Shown: positions 29,736 through 37,654 of the stretch, one piece after another
Layout of the letters: every line of letters starts with the position of its first letter
Position numbering within the stretch: the stretch's first letter is position 1
Origin: Phenylobacterium sp.
GTDB taxonomy: Bacteria; Pseudomonadota; Alphaproteobacteria; Caulobacterales; Caulobacteraceae
NCBI RefSeq assembly: GCF_034004485.1
Contig: NZ_JAVEWP010000001.1
Length of the DNA stretch: 64,000 nucleotides
Direction: 5' to 3' (one strand)
The notes under the pieces: generated by a model
Database searches by the model: none
What the model was told of the DNA's origin: nothing
Seen by the model: the letters and a program-made list of their open reading frames with translations, nothing else
Translations under genes and position numbers: made by a program

Positions 29736-31169
29736 ATGCCCAGACTTCTGACCTCGCTCGCCGCCGCTCTGGCGGCGCTCCCTGCCGCGGCCTTCGCCCA
29801 GGAGGCCGCCGGCCCTCGCGTGGACCGGTTGCTTGAAGGCCCGCCGGGCCTCGTTTCGCCCCGTCACGCCGAGGCCCAGCGCGCCGGCATGCGAGCGCTG
29901 CACTTCTGCACCGGCCTGTTCGCCTCCGAGATGCCGCGCGAGGTTGTCGAGCGGACCACCACCCGCGCGCCGGCCGGCACGAGGATGGAGATCGACGAGG
30001 CGACCCGCACCGTCTCGGTCCACTACCGGGACGACATGCCGCCCCGCATCGCCGTCTGGCGGCCGCTGCTCGGCTGCACCCAGCTGCCGATCGGCGCGAC
30101 GATGGAGCTGGCCAAGGCGCTGCCGCGGCCGCCGGCGGAGGTGACGGTCCCCGACCTCGACTCCCGGCCCTGGCCGATGGGCGACGCCAGCGCCACGGCC
30201 AGGCTGCCCAAGGCGCGCGCCGCCGCGCTGGAGAGGGTGCTGGACGAGGCCTTCCGCGACCAGCAGGGCGAATACCGCGGCAACACCTGGGGCGTCGTCG
30301 TGGTCAAGGACGGCAAGATCGTCGCCGAGCGCTACGATCCCGGCTTCGGCCCGCACGTCGCCGCCCGCACCAACTCCATGTGCAAGTCGGTGGCCGCCAG
30401 CCTGGTCGGCGTCGGCGTCCGGCAGGGGCTGGTCGACCTGCACCGCAAGGCGCCGCTGGCCGAGTGGCGTCGGCCGGGCGATCCGCGCGGCGAGATCACC
30501 CTTGACCACATGATGCACATGGCCAGCGGCCTCTACACCGAGGCCGGCGGCAACCCGCAGGGCGACCTCTACCAGTCGGGCGCGGCGGCGGCCGAGGTCT
30601 CGGCGCTCAACATGGTGGACTCCCGCCCCGGCGAGCGGTTCGTCTACGCCGGCTCCGACACCATCCTGCTGGTCCGTGCCCTGCGCCAGGCGGTGAACGA
30701 CGATACGGCCTTCATGACCTGGCCGCACCGCGAGTTCCTGTGGAAGCTCGGGATGACCCGGACCATCCTGGAGACCGACTGGAACGACGACTTCCTGATC
30801 TCCGGCCAGTGCTGGTCGACGGCCCGCGACTTCGGCCGTTTCGGGATGCTCTACCTGGCCGACGGGATGTGGAACGGCGAGCGGCTGCTGCCCGAGGGCT
30901 GGACCCGCTACGTCTCCACCCCGGCTCCGGCCCAGCCGGCCAGCGCGGCGGCGGGCGGCGCCCGCTACGGCGGCCAGTTCTGGATCTACGGCGGCAATGA
31001 CGGCCTCCCGGACGACGCCTTCTCTCCGGGCGGGGCGCTCGGCCAGTACGCGATGATCGTGCCTTCCAAGAATCTGGTGGTGGTCCGCCGCGGCCTCGAC
31101 GTCGGCGAGGGCTTCAGGATCGCCAAGTTCTCGGCCGACGTGATCGCCGCGCTCGAGGGGACGAAATGA
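29736..31169 (+). CDS. beta-lactamase-fold serine hydrolase, Sec-exported
   Basis: Signal MPRLLTSLAAALAALPAAAFA-QE. S-x-x-K motif (SMCK). Confidence 0.8.
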   Translation: MPRLLTSLAAALAALPAAAFAQEAAGPRVDRLLEGPPGLVSPRHAEAQRAGMRALHFCTGLFASEMPREVVERTTTRAPAGTRMEIDEATRTVSVHYRDDMPPRIAVWRPLLGCTQLPIGATMELAKALPRPPAEVTVPDLDSRPWPMGDASATARLPKARAAALERVLDEAFRDQQGEYRGNTWGVVVVKDGKIVAERYDPGFGPHVAARTNSMCKSVAASLVGVGVRQGLVDLHRKAPLAEWRRPGDPRGEITLDHMMHMASGLYTEAGGNPQGDLYQSGAAAAEVSALNMVDSRPGERFVYAGSDTILLVRALRQAVNDDTAFMTWPHREFLWKLGMTRTILETDWNDDFLISGQCWSTARDFGRFGMLYLADGMWNGERLLPEGWTRYVSTPAPAQPASAAAGGARYGGQFWIYGGNDGLPDDAFSPGGALGQYAMIVPSKNLVVVRRGLDVGEGFRIAKFSADVIAALEGTK

Positions 31170-32275
31170 TCGACCGCCGCACGGTGCTGGCGGCTTCCGC
31201 CGCGGTGCTGGCGCCCCAGCCGTCCGCCGCGGGGGCGGGGCGCGAGCCGGGACCCGGCCGAGGACCCTGGGTCCACGGCCGTCCGGAGGACCATGGGCTG
31301 TCGACCCCGGCGCTGGAGAAGGCCGCCGAGGCGATCGGCTCGACGGGCGAGCGGCAGGGCCTGGTGATCGTCCGAGATGGCGTCATCGTCTTCGAGCGCT
31401 ACTGGGCCACGCCCTACGCGCGGGCCACGCCCGACTGGCGCAACGTATCCTTCTCGTCCGGCAAGTCCTGGGGCGGGACCATGGTCGGGCGCGCCTACAC
31501 GCAGGGGCTCCTGAAGCTGGACGACCTCGCCGACCGCTACCACCCCTCGGCGGTCTCCGGGCTGAAGCCGGAGGTCACCATCCGGCACATGCTGACCATG
31601 ACCTCGGGCGGCACCCTGAACGTCAAGCCGAGCTCCAAACCGCCGCGGCGGCTCGACGATCCGACCCCGCCCGGGCCCGGCGCGGAATACGAGTGGCAGG
31701 AGGTGGGCGAGAAGGGCTCGCCGCCGGGCTACGGTGTCTCCATCCCGGCGGGGACGGTCTTCTACTACGACGGCGCCGTGGCCGATCACCTGGCCAACGT
31801 GATCGCCAAGGTCAGCGGCATGACCAGCCACCGCTACATAATGACCGAGGTGGTCGCTCCGATGGGCTGCGAGACCCTGATCTACCAGCCGGAGGGGATC
31901 GACAAGGCCGGGAACATCCGGCTGGGCGGCTCGATCCTGATGTCCTGCCGGGACCTGGCGCGCCTCGGCCAGCTCTACCTGAACGCCGGACGCTGGGACG
32001 GACGCCAGCTGATCGCGGCCGACTACATCGCCGAGGCGATCAGCCCCTCGCCGCTGAACCCGTCCTACGGCTTCCTCTGGTGGCTGAACGCGGCCGGCCG
32101 GGTGCCGAACGCGCCGCGCTCGATGTACATGGCCGCAGGCGCCCTGGGGCAGTACTGCTTCGTGCTGCCCGAGCAGGGGATGGTGGTCGCCACCATGGGC
32201 TTCGGCGCCAACTCGCTGACCGCCGCCCAGGCCTTCGACGCCCTCGGCCCCGCGCTGCCCGGACTGTCCGCATGA
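31166..32275 (+). CDS. beta-lactamase-fold serine hydrolase, Tat-type signal
   Basis: MIDRRTVLAASAAVLA. S-x-x-K (SSGK). ATGA overlap with the upstream gene. Confidence 0.8.
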   Translation: MIDRRTVLAASAAVLAPQPSAAGAGREPGPGRGPWVHGRPEDHGLSTPALEKAAEAIGSTGERQGLVIVRDGVIVFERYWATPYARATPDWRNVSFSSGKSWGGTMVGRAYTQGLLKLDDLADRYHPSAVSGLKPEVTIRHMLTMTSGGTLNVKPSSKPPRRLDDPTPPGPGAEYEWQEVGEKGSPPGYGVSIPAGTVFYYDGAVADHLANVIAKVSGMTSHRYIMTEVVAPMGCETLIYQPEGIDKAGNIRLGGSILMSCRDLARLGQLYLNAGRWDGRQLIAADYIAEAISPSPLNPSYGFLWWLNAAGRVPNAPRSMYMAAGALGQYCFVLPEQGMVVATMGFGANSLTAAQAFDALGPALPGLSA

Positions 32276-33768
32276 CCCCCACCCGCAGGGAGGCGCTCGG
32301 CGCATCGGCGCTGGCGCTCGCCGCCATGACGACCACCCCGACCTCCGCGACGGCGCAGTCCGCCCAGCCGGCGGGTCCCGCCGCGCCCACCCCGGCGGTG
32401 ACCGGCCCGCTCAGCCGCTTCATCGCCGGCGCACAGGGCCTGGCGATCGACGAGGAGACGCTGGACCTAGGGCGGCGGCACATCCTCGACACCCTGGCTT
32501 CGGCGGTGGCCTGCCGTGACCTCGAACCCTCGGTGCTGGCCCGGCGCTTCGCCCTCGACCAGTCCGGCGACGCCCGCAAGAGCGCCGTGACCATCCTGGC
32601 GACCCGCGAGAAGGCGGCGATGATCGACGCGGTCTTCGCCTCGGCGATGACCGCGCACGGGGCGGAGATCAACGACTTCATTCCCTCGGCCCTGGTGCAG
32701 CCGGGCCCCGCCATCGTCAGCGCCGCCATCGCCCTGGCCGAGCAGCGTCGGCTGTCCGGCAAGGCGGTGCTGAAGGCAGTGATCGTCGGCTACGAGATCG
32801 CCGGTCGCCTGCCAAAGGCGCTGGGCCGGGGCAACCTGGTCCGCTCGGGTCTCGCCAACCACGGGATCGCGCCGACCTTCGGCGTCGCCGCCTGCGCCGC
32901 CGCTTTGATCGGCCTGCCGGAGGACCGCATCGGCGACGTGCTCACCTACTGCTCGCAGCAGGCCTCCGGCTCCTGGCAGTGGATGCTCGACGTCGAGCAC
33001 GTGGAGAAGTCCTTCGTGTTCGCCGGCATGGGCGCGCGGGCGGGGCTGCAGGCGGCGCTGTTCGTCGAGCACGGCTTCCGCGGCGTGCGCGAGAACCTCG
33101 ACCAGCCGACCGGCTTCATGAACCAGGGCATGTTCACCGGCCCGAACAGCGACCTCGACCGCGCCTACCTGGTCGAGCGGCTCGGCGAGCGCTGGGAAAT
33201 GCCGCTGACCGCCTACAAGAAGTACCCTACTGGCGGGCCGACCCAGCCGGCGGTCGAGGGGCTGCTGCGCCTGCTGCCGGAGCTGGACAAGGACCGGATC
33301 TCCTCGGTGCGGATCGAGATGCCGGGGCGCTGGCAGGCGTTCCGTGACGCGGCCATGCCGGCGCTTAACCTGCGCTACCTGACCGCCATCATCCTGATCG
33401 ACCGCAAGCTCGACTTCGTCTCGGCCCAGTCGCTGGAGCGGATGCATGGCGATGCGCAGGTGAAGGCGCTGATGGCCAAGGTCGACGTCGCCCACGATCC
33501 GGCCCAGGAAGCCGGCCCCGGCCAGGAGCGGGTGGAGTCGGCTCGGGTGATCGTCACCGACCTCGACGGGACGCGGCGCGAGGCGTTCGTGCCCTACGTC
33601 ACCGGCTTCCCGTCCCACCCGATGTCCAAGGCCGAGGCGGAGGAGAAGGCGCGAGGGCTGCTGACGCCCACGCTCGGCCGCGAGCGGACCGAGGCGCTGA
33701 TCCGCCAGGTCTGGGACCTCGACAACATGCCGAACGCGGGCGATCTGTCCGCGATGATCGCGACCTGA
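32272..33768 (+). CDS. MmgE/PrpD-family protein with a Tat-like signal peptide
   Basis: Start at MTPTRREALGASALALAAMTT (ATGA overlap with the upstream gene). PrpD-family features (RHILDTLASAVAC, AHGAEINDF). Confidence 0.75.
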   Translation: MTPTRREALGASALALAAMTTTPTSATAQSAQPAGPAAPTPAVTGPLSRFIAGAQGLAIDEETLDLGRRHILDTLASAVACRDLEPSVLARRFALDQSGDARKSAVTILATREKAAMIDAVFASAMTAHGAEINDFIPSALVQPGPAIVSAAIALAEQRRLSGKAVLKAVIVGYEIAGRLPKALGRGNLVRSGLANHGIAPTFGVAACAAALIGLPEDRIGDVLTYCSQQASGSWQWMLDVEHVEKSFVFAGMGARAGLQAALFVEHGFRGVRENLDQPTGFMNQGMFTGPNSDLDRAYLVERLGERWEMPLTAYKKYPTGGPTQPAVEGLLRLLPELDKDRISSVRIEMPGRWQAFRDAAMPALNLRYLTAIILIDRKLDFVSAQSLERMHGDAQVKALMAKVDVAHDPAQEAGPGQERVESARVIVTDLDGTRREAFVPYVTGFPSHPMSKAEAEEKARGLLTPTLGRERTEALIRQVWDLDNMPNAGDLSAMIAT

Positions 33769-33793
33769 GGCGCGAGTCGACGGCGAGGGACGC

Positions 33794-34531
33794 GTGGACA
33801 CCACGGTAGCCAAGGGGCTGGCGGTTCTGGAGGCGCTGGCGCGCGCCGACGGCCCCGTCCGACTGGCCGACCTGGCCCAGCAACTCGGGCTGCAGAAATC
33901 CAACGTCCACCGCCTGCTGCAGACTCTGGTCGCGCTTGGCTTCGCGGCCCAGGAGCCCGGCACCAGCCGCTACCTGCCGACCCTGAAGCTTTGGGAACTG
34001 GGCGTGGGCGTCTTGCAGGCCCACCCGGCCCGCCGGGCCGCCGCGCCGTTCCTGCAGGAGCTGCACCGGGCGACCGCCGAGACCGTCAGCCTGACGGTGC
34101 TGGACGGGGACGAGGTGCTCTACCTGGAGAAGCTGCTCTCGCCGCGGCCGCTGCGTTTCTCCACCCGGCCGGGCTCGCGCGCGCCCGCGGCGATGACCGC
34201 CTCCGGCAAGGCCATGCTCGCCCAGCTGGACGATCCGCGGCCGATGCTGGAGCGGAGCACGGCGAAGTGGAGCCAGGCCCGGGACCTCGACGTCGAGGCC
34301 CTGCTGGCCGAGCTGGAACAGGTCCGACGCGAGGGCTACGCGGTCTCGGAGGGCGGCTGGACGCCGGGTCTCGTGGGCATCGCCGCGGCGATCCCCGCGG
34401 GCGAGGGGCCGCAGGCGGCGATCACCGTCTCCGGGCCCATCGAGCGCATCTCCGAGGCCAAACGGGAGCAGATCGTCGAGGCGGTGCTGAACGCCTGCGC
34501 CCGGATCGGCGAGGCCAGCGGGCCGCTCTGA
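33794..34531 (+). CDS. IclR-family transcriptional regulator
   Basis: GTG start. VAKGLAVLEALARADGPVRLADLAQQLGLQKSNVHRLLQTL plus an IclR effector domain. Confidence 0.85.
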   Translation: MDTTVAKGLAVLEALARADGPVRLADLAQQLGLQKSNVHRLLQTLVALGFAAQEPGTSRYLPTLKLWELGVGVLQAHPARRAAAPFLQELHRATAETVSLTVLDGDEVLYLEKLLSPRPLRFSTRPGSRAPAAMTASGKAMLAQLDDPRPMLERSTAKWSQARDLDVEALLAELEQVRREGYAVSEGGWTPGLVGIAAAIPAGEGPQAAITVSGPIERISEAKREQIVEAVLNACARIGEASGPL

Positions 34532-34711
34532 CGCGTGACGGGACCTTGGCTGCGGAGCCGGTTCGGCGTAAAGGAGACGGATCCAACCCGAGGATGCCGC
34601 CGTGACGCGCGCCGCGCTGCACACCGCCGCCACCATGATGATTACCACCGGCCATACCGGACGGGGGCGATCGCGCGCGGGCTGACAACCCAGGACAGAT
34701 CGAAGGACTTC

Positions 34712-34743
34712 AACCCCGCTCCGGCCAGGAGACGGGGTTTTTC
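34712..34743 (+). terminator. canonical intrinsic terminator
   Basis: AACCCCGCTCC-ggcca-GGAGACGGGGTT (11-bp stem with one bulge) running into TTTTTC. It is the only textbook stem-plus-U-tract terminator I found in the window. Confidence 0.7.
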
Positions 34744-34787
34744 AATGCCTTTTTCTCCGGCCGGGCCAAGTCAGAGGAAGGCAACCG

Positions 34788-35075
34788 ATGTCTCATAATC
34801 CGCCGCTCGAGGAGATCGCCCAGGCGACCCGGGCCTTCGTGCGCGCGCTCGCGCCCGAACGGCCCCGCCGCGTGGAGGCCGCCGTCGCCGGCCCCGCCGG
34901 CATGCCGCTGCTCTGCGCCGTCGAACAGGCGCTGGCCGAGGCCCTGCCCGGCAAGGCCGCGCAGGAACTCGTCTGGCTCACCTCCGACCCGGCGAACGGC
35001 GTCCACCGCCTGCGTCTCCTCGCCTACGGCCCGGGCGACAAACTGCTCGCCGAAGCCGCCCACGAATTCGGGTGA
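34788..35075 (+). CDS. hypothetical 95-aa protein
   Basis: ATG preceded by GAGGAAGG. No family recognised. Confidence 0.45.
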   Translation: MSHNPPLEEIAQATRAFVRALAPERPRRVEAAVAGPAGMPLLCAVEQALAEALPGKAAQELVWLTSDPANGVHRLRLLAYGPGDKLLAEAAHEFG

Positions 35076-35082
35076 GGGCGCA

Positions 35083-35159
35083 GGTGACGGGTGGGCTTTC
35101 CGGCCAGCCAGTCACCACCAGCCTTCGGTGACTGGTTGCGCGCAGCGCTACCCGTCACC
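35083..35159. other. 77-nt nested double stem-loop element
   Basis: Outer 10-bp perfect stem GGTGACGGGT (35083-35092) / ACCCGTCACC (35150-35159). Inner 9-bp perfect stem CCAGTCACC (35108-35116) / GGTGACTGG (35127-35135). Confidence 0.6.
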
Positions 35160-35280
35160 CGTCACGGACGCGCCTCCTGCAACCGGCCTCCATCCCCGCC
35201 TTGCCAGCGTCGGCTTGACGGGGGTCAATGCCGGACGGGCGCGGGTGTGGCGCTTGAGAGGCCCCCGACAGGAGACGACC

Positions 35281-35682
35281 TTGGACGATCATTTCCGGCA
35301 GCTGCTCGAGGTCGCCGCCAGTCAGCCGCAGCCGCATCGGCTGCTGTTCGTATTCGCCGCCGCGGAATTGCCGGACGAGGCGACCGAGGAACAGCGGGCC
35401 AGATTCCAGGCCGGGCTGGGCGGAGCGCTGGCGCCGCTCATGTGCGTCGACAAGGCTCCCGAGGAGCTGTCGGGCTTCGCCGAGCTGGCCGAGGAGTCCC
35501 GCCAGGCGGGGCCGCCGTGGCAGGTGGTGTTCGCCGCCGCGCTGCCGGGACGCGACGGGCGCCCGCCCGGAAAGGCCGAGATCGATGGAGCGCTGCAGGC
35601 CATGATCGACGCCATCCGCATCGGCGGGGTGGGGCGCTTCGCCGCCTACGACGCGGAAGGACAGCCGCTGCAGTTCGCCTGA
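35281..35682 (+). CDS. conserved hypothetical protein (133 aa)
   Basis: TTG start preceded by AGGAGA. I recall LLFVFAAAELPD...PLMCVDK...GPPW as a widespread small uncharacterised proteobacterial family, from memory and not verified. Confidence 0.45.
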   Translation: MDDHFRQLLEVAASQPQPHRLLFVFAAAELPDEATEEQRARFQAGLGGALAPLMCVDKAPEELSGFAELAEESRQAGPPWQVVFAAALPGRDGRPPGKAEIDGALQAMIDAIRIGGVGRFAAYDAEGQPLQFA

Positions 35683-35774
35683 TCGCCTCGCGTCACGATA
35701 AATTTTCGCCTTCGGGCTTGCTGAACGGCGTTCGAACCGGGCCTCATCGTATCGGTCGTTTTGACGGGAGAGGC

Positions 35775-36197
35775 ATGGGCATGGGCGATCGCAGCCTGGT
35801 CGTTTGGTCGCTGGAGCGGGTGGCCGAACTGCATGGGGACCCCACGCCGCAGGTCTATGCGCGGCTGTTCGCGCTCAATCCCGAGGTCGAGGCGCTGTTC
35901 ATGCTGGACAGCCAGCGGGGCGTGAAGGGGGCCATGCTGGGCCACGTGATCGACACCCTGCTCGACCTCGCCGGCCCGCGCCACTACGGCGCCAACATGA
36001 TCTACGCCGAGATGACCAACCATTCGGGCATCGGCGTTCCGCCGGCCCAGTTCGTCACCTTCTTCGACGTCGTGAAGGAAGAGTTCCGCGCCCTGATCGG
36101 CGCAGAGTGGACGGCCGAGGTCGAGGCCGCCTGGGACGACACGCTGGAGGACGTGAAGCGGGTCGTGGCCAAGGTGGAGGCCGCGCAGGCCGCCTGA
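35775..36197 (+). CDS. single-domain globin
   Basis: B/C-helix pattern VYARLFALNPEVEALF and a candidate proximal His in NHSGIGVPPAQF. 140 aa. Confidence 0.6.
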   Translation: MGMGDRSLVVWSLERVAELHGDPTPQVYARLFALNPEVEALFMLDSQRGVKGAMLGHVIDTLLDLAGPRHYGANMIYAEMTNHSGIGVPPAQFVTFFDVVKEEFRALIGAEWTAEVEAAWDDTLEDVKRVVAKVEAAQAA

Positions 36198-36206
36198 GGC
36201 CAGGCC

Positions 36207-36238
36207 GCCCCGCCGCCCCGCGAAGGGGAGGGCGGGGC
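36207..36238. terminator. GC-rich hairpin between the convergent globin and P450 genes
   Basis: GCCCCGCC...CCCC-gcgaa-GGGG...GGCGGGGC. No U-tract. Could act in either direction. Confidence 0.45.
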
Positions 36239-36248
36239 GCGCGAGACG

Positions 36249-37538
36249 CTAGTTCCGCGCCGGGATCACCACCGGCAGGGTCTCGTACCCGTGGACGAAG
36301 GACGAGTAGGTCCGGGTCGGCTCGCCCACCACGCGGATCTCCGGGAAGCGCTTGAGGATCTCTTCCCAGATGATCGTCAGCTGCATCTCGGCGACGCGGT
36401 TGCCGACGCAGCGGTGCACCCCGAAGCCGAACGACAGGTGCTCGCGCGGGCGCGCCCGGCCGATGATGTAGTCGTTCGGCCGCTCGATGCGGCTCTCGTC
36501 GCGGTTGCCCGAAATGTACCACATGGCCACCCGGTCGCCTTTCAGGATGGTCTTGCCGCCCACCTCGACGTCGCGGTTGGCGACGCGGGCCATGTGCGCA
36601 AGCGGCGTCTGGTAGCGGATGGTCTCGGAGACCATCGAGGAGATCAGGTCCGGGTTGGCCCGCAGCTTGTCGTACTCGGCCGGGTTGTTGTTGAGGTGGT
36701 AGACGCTGCCCGAGATGGTGTTCCGGGTGGTGTCGTTGCCGCCGACGATCAGCAGGATGACGTTGCCCTGGAACACGTCGATCGGCATGTCGCGGGTCGA
36801 CGGGTTGTGGGCCAGCATCGAGATCAGGTCGATGCCAGGCTCGCTGTTCAGCCGCTCGTTCCACAGGCCCTGGAAGGTGGTGAAGCAGTCGGCCATGTCG
36901 GCGAACTTCTGCTCCCAGCTGGTCACCGGGCCGTGGCCGGGCTGGTTGGTGACCACGTCGGACCAGTAGGTCAGCCGCCGGCGCTGCTCGAACGGGAAGT
37001 CGAACAGGGTCGCCAGCGTCATCGCCGTAAGTTCCTTGGAGACCTTGTCGACCCAGTCGAATTCCTCGCCGATCGGCAGGGAGTCGAGAATCTGGCCGGC
37101 CCGCTCGCGCACGATCGGCGACATCTTGGCGATGTTGCCGGGCGCCACCGTCGGGCTGACCGCCTTGCGCTGGGCGCTGTGCTCGGGCTCGTCCATGGTG
37201 ATGAAGCCGGCGCCGCGCCGCTGCGCCCGGTCGCCGAGCGCCTTGCGCTGTTCCTCGAGCGCGACCTGGTTGATCAGGGTGATGCCGTCGGCCGACGAGA
37301 AATCCTCGTGGTTGGTGTCGACGGCGAGGATGTCCTCCCACTTGGTGATCGACCAGTAGCGGCCGAACTCGCTCTCCTCGGTGAGGTGGACCGGGTCTTC
37401 CCGGCGCAGTCGTTCGAACACCGGCCAGAGCGTGTCGTCCTGGAAGCGCTGCGCCTGGCCCGGGTTGAGCTTCGCCAGCGGGATGGCGTTGACGTCCTCG
37501 ACGGCCGCGGCGGCTTCCGGCTTGACTGCGATGTTCAT
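36249..37538 (-). CDS. cytochrome P450, CYP153-like
   Basis: Heme loop FGFGVHRCVGNRVAE. I-helix LLIVGGNDTTRN, characteristic of CYP153. YWSITKWEDI. Confidence 0.9.
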   Translation of the reverse strand: MNIAVKPEAAAAVEDVNAIPLAKLNPGQAQRFQDDTLWPVFERLRREDPVHLTEESEFGRYWSITKWEDILAVDTNHEDFSSADGITLINQVALEEQRKALGDRAQRRGAGFITMDEPEHSAQRKAVSPTVAPGNIAKMSPIVRERAGQILDSLPIGEEFDWVDKVSKELTAMTLATLFDFPFEQRRRLTYWSDVVTNQPGHGPVTSWEQKFADMADCFTTFQGLWNERLNSEPGIDLISMLAHNPSTRDMPIDVFQGNVILLIVGGNDTTRNTISGSVYHLNNNPAEYDKLRANPDLISSMVSETIRYQTPLAHMARVANRDVEVGGKTILKGDRVAMWYISGNRDESRIERPNDYIIGRARPREHLSFGFGVHRCVGNRVAEMQLTIIWEEILKRFPEIRVVGEPTRTYSSFVHGYETLPVVIPARN

Positions 37539-37654
37539 GTTTCTCTCCCTCGTCGTCGCCTTCGGCGGACGCGCTTCGACCGCGGCGCGACATTGTTTGA
37601 GGGATAGTGCGCCCTACCGGACGATGTTCGGCAAGCGTCTTGTTGACGCCGGCG

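Noticed and set aside
34602-34685. Classifying the 27-codon leader ORF as a classical Thr or His attenuator peptide.
   Set aside because: There is no run of consecutive regulatory codons: the Thr residues are scattered, and the His codons lie in another frame. The downstream gene is not a recognisable biosynthetic gene. It is retained only as a generic leader or sRNA candidate.
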